Assembly (NCBI RefSeq): GCF_016433145.1
Contig: NC_058132.1
Coordinates: 87,738,799 to 87,802,798 of the forward strand
DNA length: 64,000 bases
Reading direction: 5' to 3'
From: Gracilinanus agilis
Taxonomy: Eukaryota
Position 1 is the stretch's first letter, and each line of letters starts with the position of its first letter. Under the pieces are notes generated by a model, which saw only the letters and a program-made list of their open reading frames with translations, was not told the DNA's origin and searched no databases. The position numbers and the translations under genes were made by a program. Positions 48,215 through 61,722 of this stretch are shown here, one piece after another.

Positions 48215-48965
48215 CACCATTCCTGCCTCTTACCAGTCAGTTGCTGAGTTGTCATTTCTACCTTTGTAGCATCTTTCCCATATACCCAGTTCTTCTAACA
48301 CTGACACCATTCTGGTGCACATATTCATCTCCTCATACTTAGATTAGCACAATGGACTGCTGGATTGTGTCTGCTACAAGTCTCTTCCCATTCCAGTGCA
48401 CTTACCATTGAACCACAAAAGTGAACCTCTTACAGCACAGGTCTAGCCATGTCATAGCTCTATTTAATAAACTCCAGGACCTTAATACCTCCATAATCAA
48501 ACATAAAAACTTTTGATATCCATAGCCCTTTATAACCTGCCCCTCACTTTCCAGTCTTCTTAATCCTTCCCTTCCTACAACATATTCTGTGATTCATTGA
48601 CATTGGCCTCTTTGCTGTTCCTTAAACAAAATACTCCATCTCCTTTCTCCAGAAATTTTCATTGGCTACACTCCCTACTTAGAATGCACTCTCTCCTCAT
48701 CTCTCTCTCCTGTCTTCCCTGAATTCCATCATGTCCAAGCTAAAATCCCACCTTCTATATGAAGCCTCTTCCTACCAATTAATGATAATCTTTCTTTTAT
48801 TTATTATCTTAATTTTTTCCTGCATTTCTCTTGTTTTGTATATAATTTTTTACATATTGTCTCCCCTTTTAGATTATGAGCTCCTTGAGAGTGGGAACTA
48901 ATTTTTGCTTTCTTTTTTATCCCCAGAACTTTACACAGTGCCTGGCAGTGCACTTAATAAAAGTT
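48215..48965 (+). mobile_element. L2 LINE 3' end
   Basis: ...gccatgtcatagctctatttaataaactccag...gtctccccttttagattatgagctccttgagag...cacagtgcctggcagtgcacttaataaa. Confidence 0.7.
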
Positions 48966-50732
48966 TATATACTGGCTGGATAGCTATATAATCTTAGGCA
49001 AATCATTTTTTCTGAGGCTGCTTCCTCATCTGTAAAGTGAGAATGCATTAGATTCTTTCTAAGGGTGCTTTCAGCTCACATCTGATCATATGTTCAAGCT
49101 GGTTGGAACCCCAATGTAACTCCTGCCTAGCCATATGACCTTGGGCAAAACAATTCCCCCTCCTTCAACCCCAATTTCCTAATCTGTCAAATGGTGATAA
49201 TAATCCCTTGCTGACCTCCTTCACAGGACTATTACAACTATTGTGAATTTTTTCCTGGTTTGTGGACAACACTGTGAAGAGTTGATTTCTTTCTTCATCC
49301 CTTTCCCACATGTTTTGGGATAAAAGTTGCTCTGGTTAATTCTTACCAACTACCATGGAAGAATTGTGGGTGTTGGAGAAACATCAGAAACTGTCATATT
49401 AACTACTCCCTGTAAGATGTGATAAAATATTAGGTAACAGACTCCCTGCCAGAGGAAAAAGCACCATCTTGATGGCAGCTCAGGAGAATGGCACCCATAG
49501 AAAGCTGAGCAGTTTCAGAAGCAGGGTTATAATGGATAGGAAAGGACAGGATATACTACCAAGGGCATTGGCAGCAGAATTGGTTGCTCAGTAAGTGCTA
49601 AGAAGTGAACAATCAAAAATAAAATAGATACTGGGGAATAAAGAGCTGAGTTAAAATTAGATTCGTGGGTTGGGGGATGGACAAAATAGTCAAAGGGATA
49701 TACCTCCATGAGTTGTTCTGTTTGCTAAATTGAACCTATCCCTAGGTAGCATTTGGTTTTGATCTCATCTTTCTTAGAGGTTAAGAGCTTCTGTTCCATC
49801 AAGACTCCAATCTGATATCATTTGTTAACATCTCTTAACTTATGTACTTTATGTGGTGATATGGAAAGTTTGTTGACTCAAGAGTCAATAGACCTGTCAA
49901 AGTTTAAACTTTAGCATTTCCTTACTTTGGAAGGGCCATTTAATCTTTCTAGGCTTCAGCTTCCTCGTCTGTAAAATGAGGTGGCTTGACTAGATGTTTA
50001 TTCTTTGGTCTTTTTGCCTGTCTAGATATGATCATAAGTAAAAGAGTTATCTATAGTTTTTTTGTCTTATTCTTCTACCATACTGTCGGTTTCTTGGGAG
50101 CAGGAACTGTAACTTATTTGAACTGTTAGTTTGTTCATATGTTCCTTCTTTAGTATGCATAGCTCAAATTCCCACATCCTTAAAACATTAATATTTTAGA
50201 GTTCTTTTACAGTTATGTGGTGTGATCTTATGGAAAAAGAGCTGACATCTAGACAGAAAGACTTGAATTCCAGTTTTGTCATTGGCTCATAATAGCTTTG
50301 TGATCTTGGGCATGTTACATAAATGCCCAGAGACTTGGGAGGCTATCTAATAGAGCTTTTATAGTCCACTTGATGAACTGGATCCATGGAAGGATCTTCT
50401 CAAGGAGGCATTACCTACCCAGTGTAATCTTAGGTCTGGAAAAATTGTCCTTCAGCAGATAGATGGCTAGTGTTTGCTGAATAAGTGAACAATTAAATGA
50501 ATAGAGACATTTAGTACTTCACTCTGACTGAACAGGGCAATGAGTGGGGGTCTTTCCCAGAGGTGAGAAGTCCCAGAAAAAAGTCCTCAGTCTTTAGTGG
50601 AAGACAATTATCATCACAGGCTCAGAAGAAATGAGATATTGGACCCAAAAGGCACCAATCTATAGAATCAGGGTCTTTTGTGCATAAACTGATTCTTTTC
50701 CATGCCCCAAGGCTTGCTTTTCATATTATGAT

Positions 50733-51574
50733 TGTTATATTGAATCTCTGGGAGCTTGAAGATCACTTTTGATTGACAAATAAGTCAGTTGGATGGAATG
50801 TTCCCAGGGAGTCATGCGAGAGGCAGGAGGAGGGGCAGTTGAGAATCCCGAAAGGGTTCTGGGTCTTTGGCCTGTGCTGAGGCTGGAGATCGGGGGACCC
50901 TGGTCTTGGAGTGAGAGGGTGCAAACATCTCTCTGCAAACTCTTCCTGTACTTGAGATACCATTCCAACCTGTACCTGACCACCACCTTGGTGTCTACTG
51001 CCCCTAGATATTAGGAGTTACATCATCTAGATATCTAGACTTCCCAGGGCCCGGGAGGGATCCGGGAAGTGGGCAGGAGACAAAGAAGAGGGTGGAAAGG
51101 GTGGAAATAACTCAACTGTAAGGCTGAAGATCTATTGAAGAAGAAGTCAAAATATCCCAGCAGTTTACCTACTCTGGTTTAGTCCTGGCCAGGCTGAACC
51201 AGAGGGAAGCTACATTGATTCTTCATCTGCCAGCAGTTGAGATTTCATTAGTAACCATTAGAATAGGGTCTCCTCTACCACAGTCCTTTACCCCTATCCT
51301 TCTTGTTAATATAAAGTTTAAAGTACTTTCCTAAAGCAATGTCAAAGCTTGTTTTGGGAAGGGAGAAATCCCAGTCAGAATACAAGGCGTTATCCTAGCT
51401 AAAGAGCCCAAATCAACATATCAATTAACCCCTGGTGGGTCCTGAAGGGATATACCCCTTAGCCCGGAAGGATCCTGCCTGGGCAACTGTTATAAGGGAG
51501 AAGGGTCATCTTATTCTCTCTGTACATCAATTTACAATCTCAAACATATCAAGAGACTCCCAATAATTATAACA
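50733..51574. mobile_element. Solo LTR, 842 bp, with 4-bp TSD (ERV1-like)
   Basis: Terminal inverted 7-mers TGTTATA (50733-50739) and TATAACA (51568-51574); TSD TGAT at 50729-50732 and 51575-51578. Confidence 0.8.
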
Positions 51575-51629
51575 TGATAAGGGAAGGAAGTTCAGAGTCT
51601 GTTTTTATGCTGATTTACATGCTTCATCA

Positions 51630-51872
51630 GGCAGCTAGTGGGATATAGTGGATAATGCTACAGGCCTAGAGTTAGGAAGTTCAAATCCAGTCTCAGATAC
51701 TTGCTAGCTGTGTGACTCTTGGCAAGTCATTTAACCCTATTTGCCTCAGTTTCCTCATCTTTAAAATGAGCTAGAAAAGAAAATGGCGAACCATTCCTGG
51801 ATCTTTGCCACAAAAACTACAAATGGGGTCACAAAGAGATGAATGCAACTGAAATGACTGAAAATAACAAAA
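51630..51872 (+). mobile_element. MAR1-type CORE-SINE
   Basis: ggcagctagtgg...aagtcatttaaccctatttgcctcagtttcctcatct...tctttgccacaaaaactacaaatggggtcac. Confidence 0.85.
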
Positions 51873-52169
51873 CATGCCCTACCCATGAGGATTTCTTCCT
51901 CTAAATCCTCCCAAGTCTAATTATTTTTTTCCTTTGGTTTTGTTTTCATGTTTTTATTGTTCTACTCCCCCACCACACCCCGCACCTCCCTGGCCTGGAT
52001 TATATAAATTCACACTACCACCTGAAAGAAAACCACATGCTCTTCACAGACACCATCTATGAATTCAGGTAAACGATGCCCAAAGCATCCTTGAGGCCAC
52101 CCTTGAGGCCATAGCTATTAGGGTATAGCTTTCTCTTCTTGGGTAATTACAATGCTTTCTATTCTCATA

Positions 52170-54940
52170 CTCTGGAGAAGTTTTCTCAATATATATCTTC
52201 TTTTCTCACTTATGGCTCCATCTCTGATATCTTTATACAAACCAATTTTCTATCTCAAGTTGGCTTTCATGTTATGAGTTCTTTCGATTGTGGTTGATTT
52301 TCATGTAGATAAGAGTTACCAAGTCAAAGTTGATTATCTTTATAATATTGCTATGTTTATAGAAATCATTGTCCTAGTTCTGCTTACTTCACTCTGTGCC
52401 AGTTCACTCAAGTCTGGCCAGGTTTTTCTGAAACCATTTTCTTTTTCATTTTTTATAGGACTGTAATCTCTATTACATTCATATATTGTAACTTATTCAT
52501 TAGTTCCCCTATCTCCTCAGTTTTTCAATTTTTTGCTAGTATAAAAAAGAACTGCAATAAATATTTTTGTATATATGGGATTCTTTACTTTTTTTCTTTG
52601 GTCTCTGAAATTTAGACCTAGTAGCTGGATCAAAGGATATATACAGTTTAATAATGTTTGAGGCATAGTTTCAAATTGCTTTCCAGAATGGTTAGACCAG
52701 TTCTCAGGCACAGTAATAGTGCATTAATGTTCTTGTCTCCTTAATATACTGCCAGCATGTCGTTTTACCTCCCCCCCCAATATCTTAATCTGATGAGTGA
52801 GGTGCTATCTCAGTTATTTAATTTATATTTCTCTAATCTTTAGAACATTTTAATATGGTTATTGAGAATTTAGATGTATTCTTTAAAAATTGCTTTGACT
52901 TTATCAACTGGAGAATGGTTCTTTTTCTTGCAAATTTGATGTAGTTCCCAATATATCTTAGAAATAAGACTTTTATCATGGAAACCTGAAAAAAGATTTT
53001 TCCTAGTTCCTTGTTTTCCAATTTTAGCTACATCAATTTTAATATTTGCTTTAAATTCCCTTTACTCAACATAATTTTTATTGAAATATAGTCAGTAAAA
53101 GATACATTTCATATTTCTGCTTTTCTATATTTGCTTTAATTATTTAGGTACTAATGCATAGTCATTTTTTAGTGTGCCATACAGATCTGAATAAAGATAT
53201 ACTCCTTTCTATTCCCATTCAATATTACCCATTCAATATTATCCAGAGATTTAGCATATCTAACTTTTCTAAATTATACTCAGGTCTTTGATTTATTTAT
53301 TTTCTGGTTAATTTTTCCTGTATGAAAGAGGTAAATTTAGTAAATTATAGTTCTAGGAAATTTTAATTTTATTGCCTATTTCTTCCTGTAACTCATTTAA
53401 CTTTTTCTTTAAGAATGTATATACTATGCCATTTGGTGCTTATGTATTTAATTTCAATATTGTCTATGGCACTGTTTAGCAAAAGAGTATCCTTGTTTAT
53501 CTTTTAACTTAGTCTGTTTTTCTTTATAGGTGATCATAATCACTATCCCTGCCTTTTTTTACTTCCACTGAAGCATAATAGGTTCAGCTCCAGCACTTTA
53601 TTTTTATTATGTGCATCTTTGTTTCAAGTATATTTCTTGATGGATTCTATTTTTTTCATTTTAAAGGGGAGATTATCCCCCTTTATGCCACAATTGTGAT
53701 TTCTGTACATTTCTCATCCTCCTATTCTTATATTTATCATTTTTCTTTCTGCCCCTTCTTTCAGTCCTATTTTGCTTCTAATGCTTCCCTTAATTTACCT
53801 TTTCTATAATTCACCCTTGACCTTAACTCTTTTTCCTTTCTATTTTTGCCCATTGGAAAAAAATGTAATTCTATATCCAACACTGTGTATATATGTATTC
53901 TTCCCTTCTTTAATCAGTCCAGATGAAAGGTTCAAATCACACCTACTTCCCTACTCTACCGTTCCCTTTTATTATAGAAACACCATTTTGTGCATTCTAT
54001 GTGAAATGCATTTTTCTTCCCCCTTTCTTATCTCAGGCAACTCTCTTCTCCATCCCTTCTATTTTTCTAAGATTATCCAAACACAATAGAGATATATTCC
54101 ATATAAATAGTCTCTCTGACCCCTGGTAATGATAAAGTTCTGAGGAGCTATATGTATCATCCCATATAAGAATATAAAGAGCTTAACCTTTAGTCCCTTA
54201 CAGTTTTTCCACTCATCTTTACCTTTTTTTATGCTTCTCCTTTTGTGTTTGTATGGAAAAATTCCTATTCATCTCTGATCTTTTCATCAAGAGCACATAG
54301 AGGTCTTCTATTACATTAAAGATCCATTCCCCTCCCCTGTAGCATTATACTTAGTTTTGATAGGAAGATATTTTTTTTTGTCATAAGCCAAGATCTGTTG
54401 CCTTATGGAACATTATACTCCAACTCTTCTACCAATTTATTATGGTAGTTGCTAAAGCTTTTGTGCTTTAACAAAATGCTTCTGACTGTAGTTCCTTGGT
54501 ACTTGAATTATTTCTTTTCTGGCTGCCTAGAATAGTTTTCCCTTGACCTGGGAGATCTAAATTTTGGTTATAATATTCCCAAGAGTTTTCATTTGGGGGC
54601 TTCTTTCAGGAAGTGACTGGCAGATTCTTTTAATTTCTACTTTGTCCTATAGTTCTAAGATATATGGCCAGACTTATGATTTCTTCAAAGATGACATATC
54701 TAGGCTATTTTTGTACATCGCTTTCCAGTAGTCCAGTGATCCTTAAATTATCTCTCCTTGATCTTTTTTGGGGGTCAGTTGTTTTTCTATATTTTCTTTT
54801 TTAAAGTCTTTTGATTATGTTTTTATTGATATCTCACAGTCATTAATTTCCATTTGGCCAATTCTAATTTTTAAGAAGTTATTTACTTCATCAAAGTTTT
54901 GAATCTTTTTTTTAAACGTTACTTCTCTTTTCATATCTTC
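52170..54940 (-). mobile_element. Old internally deleted L1 (ORF2 3' part, endonuclease region and ORF1), antisense
   Basis: T-rich antisense L1 text throughout, including ORF1-type ccagtgatccttaaattatctctccttgatct at about 54732-54763. Confidence 0.7.
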
Positions 54941-55098
54941 CTTCCTTAGCTATTTCTTTTCTCATGCTTCCCTCTACAGTACTTGCTGTCATAACCATTC
55001 ACTTTGTCCTTAGTGTATGTGCCTTTGAGTTAAAATTAATGTCATTTTGCTGGGAATGATCTTGTTTCTTGAAGGCTACAGTATAGCATAAACTCTAG

Positions 55099-55615
55099 TC
55101 CAGGATTATCAAAGTTTTTTGGTTTTGTTTTTTTTACCACCTCAGGACTCTTTTACCTTCTTAAAAAGTCATTGAGGATTCTCCTCTTCCCAAAAAAAGA
55201 GCTTTTGTTTATATTTATGGGCTATATACATCCAGTGGAATGCTATAGCCAACTTGTACCAGAGGTTCAAGAGAACCAACTATTTTCTGTGAGTTTTTAC
55301 ACATCAGAAACTGCCAAATGTTATAAAACAGGGCTTAATTTATTATTTTATTGATTATCTAAATTTAAGAAAGTTGGTGGGAAGAAGCTTCAAAAGCAAA
55401 TTTAACAAAAGTATAGTATCATACTTTGGGAGGAATGATATGAGGAAGAGAGGCATTTGTTAAATATTTATCAGCACACCATTAGAAATCTATCAGTATT
55501 TGTCACATTAAAGGTAAAACATACTTATATTATGAAAATAGCTTTGACCTTCAGGATGCCTTGAAAGTGACTTGGAGACCTCCATCAGTTCATAGGTCAC
55601 ACTTTGATTATTGCT
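55099..55615. mobile_element. MER33-like hAT-Charlie remnant with a nested hAT-Tip100-like piece
   Basis: tcattgagga...aaagagcttttgtttat and tattatgaaaatagctttgacct...cacactttga resemble MER33; inner end ttgttaaatatttatcagcacaccatt resembles an Arthur-type TIR. From recall only. Confidence 0.5.
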
Positions 55616-57769
55616 TCTCCTGAAGATTCCATTATTTTGGAAAGGCTGGATCTTGAAAGCCAGATGCCACTTTCAGATTGCTAACCAATCAAGTATAATG
55701 ATACTCTTTGCCAGTAAGCTGATTTTTGCTAGTGCATTCTTTGACCATAGCAAAACAATGTAGTTTTAGAACAATAACACAATCACTACTCTATTTGTTC
55801 TTCTCTAAAAAGTTTACTCTGTGTACTGCATTCTGGTTATGAACTCTTTCTCTGTCCCTTTTCCATCTGATGGAATTCCAACATCATTTTCATCATCATG
55901 CTAGCATATCTCAGACTGATCTTCAATTTGAATGTATAATATTATTAAATAAATCTCATCTTCCTAAGGTCCCAATTATTAATGCATCACAATGTACTCT
56001 GTGTTGTTTTAACAAGAGTGATTTGATTCTGTTCTTGACCATATCACTGAAAACCCAGATCAATTGATGCCAAAATTATCATCCCATGACCCAGATAACC
56101 AAATTCTGTTGCTATAACAAGTAGTAGCATATTCCTCCCCAACACTGTTTTATGGGAGACAGAAAGAGTTCTCAATACTGGCTCTTAGGGTAAGATTCAA
56201 CCATCTCTTGGCATTTTTTCCAGTAACAATCATAATGGTAACACCTCACATTTACATAGTGCTTTCAGGTTTGCAAAGTGTTTTCTTATTGGGATTTTTG
56301 TAAGTAATGGATATTGAGAGCTATTTAACAGTGTAGATATCCTGTCTCTCTTACTATTATATGGTCCATTTGGGGCAAAGATGTTGACTGATTATTCTTT
56401 GTATCCTCACTCTTTGGCACAAGAGTGCACTTAATAAAGTTTTGCAGATGTTGACAATAATGGAACAAGTTGTTGAAGATAATGATGGTGATAAAAAATC
56501 AAAAGTTCCGTTATTCTATCAGTGCTGAGTATTTCTTTCACCTGTACTTATTTCATATTCTCCACTCAGTAGTAGATGCTTTTCTTGAGTCACTATAATG
56601 TGGATAGGAAAAGAAGAGGGGGAAATCTATCATTTTGTGGTCAGTCAATTGATGATGATCCTATACCAACTTAATTACCTAAGTTAGTACTTGATGAAGT
56701 CCATCCACAGCCCATCTCTGAGTCCTACTTAAACTGGTAGTATCTGATGAATCTTCCAGGCACCAATGCTAAGCACAAGGGATACAAATACAAGCACACA
56801 CAAAGAAATACAGTTCCTGCACTTGAGGGGTTTACATTCAAATTGGAAAAACACACACAGATGGAAATGAAAGGGAAAGGGATAAAAGTGTAAGATATAT
56901 GTGTGGACATGTTAAAAGTCTTGAAAGTGAGAAGTAAAACTAGGAATTCAGAAAATTGGAGAACTGGATTAGATCATCTCTAAATTATTTTTCATTTTTA
57001 AATCTATTGTATACTCCCATATCATGAGTTTTCCTATTTTTTAAGTATTCTAATATTTAAGAAGTTTTTCTTTATGTATGAACATTTGTAACTTCTCCAT
57101 GAGAGGTACTGACATTCACATTTACAAAACATTATCCAATGCCCCAAGTCTTTCAGGTCTTTTGACCTAGGAAAGGACTTTCTTCCAGAAGAGAAATTTG
57201 GCTAAGATGGAGAATAAGAGGTAGGATTGCAGGCAGACTCCTGAACAAGCAGAGAAAGAGAACCAAGCAATGCCTCTGTCATGGAAAAACAGGAACAGCT
57301 CTCAGGTGATCAGACCAGAAACTTAATAAACTTGAAACCTTAGACTAAAGTACTTAACCTTCCTGATCCTTGTGCCACCTTGATTTTTAGGTTCTGAAAC
57401 TGATTGTACCCTATGTACTTTCCCTGCTATTGCCATAATCCCCAGTATTCCTCTTCTCTCTTTTCCATCTCCTAAAATTGAGAAGTTCTTAGCCCAGGTT
57501 CCTAGAAAATCAGCAGATCTACGTTAGTAGAGGTCAAATAAAGTGAGCAAACTGAAAAAACTGAAAAAAATTTAGTAGTGAACTAAGAAAAAATGCTTTC
57601 TGGGATCACATTTAACTACCCAAGGTGCACATTTGGTTTATATAACTTTCTCAGGGCTGCTCAGAGTACAGTCAGTCAGCAGCATTATGTTTCCTTTAAA
57701 TGGATTGATATGATATAGTCTATCCCTATAAGAAAATTGGTCTGGCAAGTCTCTCATAGCCTTAAAATA

Positions 57770-58140
57770 TCTGGGGATCAATCTATCAAAACACAAAAAA
57801 GGCTTGTTTAGATTCAATTACAAAGTGCTCCTTTAAAGAAATAAAGAACAACTTATAAAGTGAAAAGAACGTTGTTCATGGCTAAGCTATGCCAATAGAA
57901 TAAAAATAACAACACTACCAAAGCTAATTTATACTTTTAATGCTATATTGATCAAGTTATCAAGGGAGATATTTTAAAGAACTTGATAAATTAACAAAAT
58001 TTCTTTGGAAAAACTAAAGATCTAAAATATAAAGGGAAATGATGAAAAGAGATATGAATAAAGTGGGGAATAGCACTTTTAAACCTCAAACTATAAAATA
58101 ATCACCATCAAAACCATCTAATATTGGTTAAAATATAGGT
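57770..58140 (+). mobile_element. L1 ORF2 fragment
   Basis: aaatatctggggatcaatct...caaagtgctcc...tgctaagct...gccaatagaataaaaataacaacactaccaaagctaatttat. Confidence 0.7.
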
Positions 58141-59442
58141 ACATCAAGAGGAAGTCCCTAGTTGTCTGCTGGGGGCAACATCTGTAAAGTCCTGTGTAAT
58201 AATGTTTAGTATATTCCATGAGCAGAATTGGAGGTACTTGAGTGAGGCTTTTATTATTCAGTCTCCTGCAGAAAGTAGGCAGTTCAGTCAAATTTAGCCT
58301 GAAGCAGAATAGGGAAAGGAAGGGGATAATTTATTCAAATAACAGATTCAGATATCAAGTTCTTTTTGTTTTTTTTTTGTTTGTTTGCTTGTTTTGTTTT
58401 TGTTTTTCTCTTCCCAACCCACATTCCAGACTACAAAAATGAAGAAATAGACTATAGCTTACCATAAGAAAAAGCTTTCTAATTAATCATAATTAAAATT
58501 ACCCCTAAAGTAAGATTGAGCTGCCTAAGTAGGTAATGAATTCCTTATCACTAGAGTTCTTCAAGTAAAAGCTGGATGATCACTGCTTAATTGTTTTAAA
58601 GAATAGATTTTGACTTATTTACAAAGAAATGGAAGTACCTTTTGGTTCTAAGACTTCTATGGTTTATTCACAAGGGAAAATATTAATAATTTTAATAGGC
58701 TTGTATCAAATCAAAAGGACTTTTAAAGATCTCTACCCAGTTCAGATGGGGGCTTCTCAAGCTGACTAATCTTACCAACTAATTTCAAAGGCATCATCAT
58801 CAAGATTCTTTAGATTCCAGATCTGTGTTGAGGTACCCAGCTCCACCATGGCCCCAAACAAGAGCACCTTTAGTCTATGATACTCATTATTTGTTAAAGT
58901 GTCTAGGCTAGCTAACTCTCTCCTCCTTTTCCACTCATTATTCCTTTAATATTCTACCCTTTAGGAATCCACAAATGACACTCAGGTCCCCATATTGGAT
59001 CTATATATCTAAGACTCAAAAATACTATAGGTCTATAGAGTACTCATAATTCTCCCATTCCCTTGGACAGGGCTTCTTAGATTTCAAAGAAGAGGCTTAC
59101 AAATAGCTAGTTCACTAGCATGCATCTACAATCTACCTAGTTATAAAGATATTTGCTGAAAATTTTTTTTTAAATCCCAAAAGTTTATAGGTGTTATAGA
59201 TAATTAGTCTAGAGATACTAGCCTAGAAGAGACAGAGAGTTAGGAAGAGACAGGGATTTGCTACTCTTTTTCTAGGAATCAGGGAGACTAGACTAGCTAA
59301 TTAATTACCATCACCCTTTCTGGGTTCTCCTACCATCAATATCAATATCAATAAACATTTTAAGTACCTACTATATGACAGGCACTGTGCTTTATCTCTG
59401 TTACTTATGATCTAGTTATCCTATATATAACTTGCTTTGTGT

Positions 59443-59850
59443 TGTAAAGGGAATGTACACCCCTCTCTTAGGGTCTTGCATAGGATGTTGTTTTCTTGCC
59501 TATGTTTCTGTCTTCCTAGAGATGCCTTGCTTCCATCACCTAGACTAGTCACCTAGGTATGTCACATAGCATAGGCTACATTGACTCTGAACTTGATCTG
59601 GAAATGATTGAATTTCAACCAGATGTAAAAAGAGTGGATGAGAGGGGCAAAGGAGGAAGCCCTTGTTCTTTCTGTCTCTGGCATCTGGCCAAGAAGGCTG
59701 CTAGTGTAGATCACCCTGGAAGTACCCATGTTGGAACTAGATTAGGATATTTTATTCTATATTTTGATCTCTATTTATCATCTTTTACCTATTCAAGTAA
59801 TTCTAATAAACTTTATTAAATTATAAGGACCGGAGTTCTAATTTTACTAT
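59443..59850 (+). mobile_element. Probable solo LTR inserted into an L2 tail
   Basis: Starts TGTAAAG, contains ctaataaactttattaaa near its end, and splits the L2 sequence cttgctttgtgt / atagtatg...ctcccccattag. No clean TSD found. Confidence 0.55.
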
Positions 59851-60164
59851 AATAGTATGAATATGTTTACACATTTGGTTCTCCCCCATTAGTCTATAAC
59901 TTTCCTTAGGGTTAGGTCTATCTTTTGCTTCTCTTTGCATATCCAGCTAGCTTAATGTTTTTGGATTGATATAAGAAAAAGAAAGATAACCCCTTCCCTC
60001 AAAGAGCTTACAGTCTAATGGAGGATGATAGGACATAAAAGGATGCTAGAAAAGGATGGGCTAAAGTTGAAAAAGAAATGGCAGGGTGGAATGAAATCTA
60101 AGGAATGCAAGTGGGAAGAAAAGAAGAGTTGAACTGTGAGTTTGCTTTAAATAGAGGTTTTGGT

Positions 60165-61160
60165 CTGGAAAACAAAATTTATAACAAAAGTCTCTGATAA
60201 AGATTTAATTTCCCAAATATATAAGGAACTAAGCCAAATTTACAAAAGATCAAGCCATTCCCCCAGTTGACAAATGGTCAAGGGATATGAATTGGCAGTT
60301 TTCAGATGGAATCAAAACTATCAATAATCACATGAAAAAGTGTTAGAGAAATGCAAATTAAAACAACTCTGAGGTACCACCTCATACCTAGCAGATAGGC
60401 CAATATGGCAGAAAAGGAAAGTGATAAATGTTGAAGGGGATGTAGCAAAATTAAGACACTAATACATTGCTGATGGAGTTGTGAATTGGTCCAACCATTC
60501 TGGAATGCAATTTAGAATTATACCCAAAGGGCTTTAAAAGAATGCCTACCTTTTAATTCAGCCATACCACTGCTGGGTTTGTACCCCAAAAAGATAATAA
60601 GGAAAAATTTTTGTACAAAAATATTTATAAACATGCTTTTCATAGTGGCAAAAAATTGGAAAATGAGGAGGTGTCCATCATTTGGCAAATGGCTGAACAA
60701 ACTGTGCTAGCTGATAGTGATGGAATACTATGTGATATAAGGAATGATGAACTGGAGGATTTCTATATAAACTGGAAAGACCTCTAGGAGTTGATGCAGA
60801 GTGAAATGAGCAGAACCAGGAGAACATTGTACACAGAAACTGAAACACTGTGGCATAATCAAATGTAACAAACTTTTCTACTAGAAGCAATACAGTGATC
60901 CAGGAGATTTCTAAGGGACTTATGAGAAAGAATGCTATCCACATCCAGAGAAAGAAGTATGGGAGTGGAAATGCAGAAGAAAAACATATGATTGATTACA
61001 TGGTTCTATGGGTATATGACTGGGGTTTTGCCTTTAAAAAGATCACTCTATTGCAAATATGAATAATATGCAAATAGGTATTGAGTGATAATACATGTAT
61101 AACCCAGTGGAATTGCTTGTAAGCTCTGGGAGGGGGGAGAAGAGGGGTGGGGAAGATAAC
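60165..61160 (+). mobile_element. L1 3' end (about 1 kb)
   Basis: ORF2 end (gaaatgcaaattaaaacaactctgaggtaccacctcatacc...) and 3' UTR ending ggggggagaagaggggtgggg...catgtaactatggaaag. Confidence 0.88.
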
Positions 61161-61181
61161 GAATCATGTAACTATGGAAAG

Positions 61182-61236
<55 letters not shown>

Positions 61237-61262
61237 CAGGCAAAGAGAGAGAGAGGAAGGAA
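61160..61262. repeat. (GA)n microsatellite (L1 tail-derived)
   Basis: Seen directly. Confidence 0.95.
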
Positions 61263-61639
61263 GNATGGTCTCTGAGGTCCTTTCTTGCTAGCTATAATCC
61301 TATGAATCCAGCCTGAACAGAAATTCCCTCTATGATGTCTATAGAATTGGCTCCAAAGCCTCCAAATCACTAACAAATGGTCATTCAGAATTCTTTTTAA
61401 GTCCTCTTGAAATGGGGAGCACTCTGTGGACTGAGGTAGCCCATTTCTTTTTGGAAGTAGCTCTTTTTTCCTTAATTTATTTTCAGTTCCAAACTCTGTC
61501 CTCCCCATTACTCCGCTTACCACTGAAAATGAAATGAAAACAAAACTCATTTCAAATATATATATAATCATGCAAAACAAATATCAGCATTAGCCATGTT
61601 CTAAAAGGAAAAGGGAAGGAATGAATGAAAGGAGGGAGA

Positions 61640-61722
61640 AAGGGGGGGTAAGAGAGAGAGAGAGAGAAGGAAGGAGGGAGGGAGGAAGGAAGGAAGGAAG
61701 GAAGGAAGGAAGGAAAGAAAGA
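61640..61722. repeat. (GA)n/(GGAA)n purine tract
   Basis: Seen directly. Confidence 0.92.

Noticed and set aside
58806-58960. Acceptor, perfect Kozak ATG (58848) and MAPNKS sequon, like an OR start
   Set aside because: Stop after 10 codons and no recognisable OR motif downstream in any frame; a very old pseudogene cannot be excluded without an HMM search.
60870-60878. AAACTTTTC motif recalled from the class I OR J-element enhancer
   Set aside because: Single copy inside an L1 3' end; no clustered homeodomain or EBF sites.
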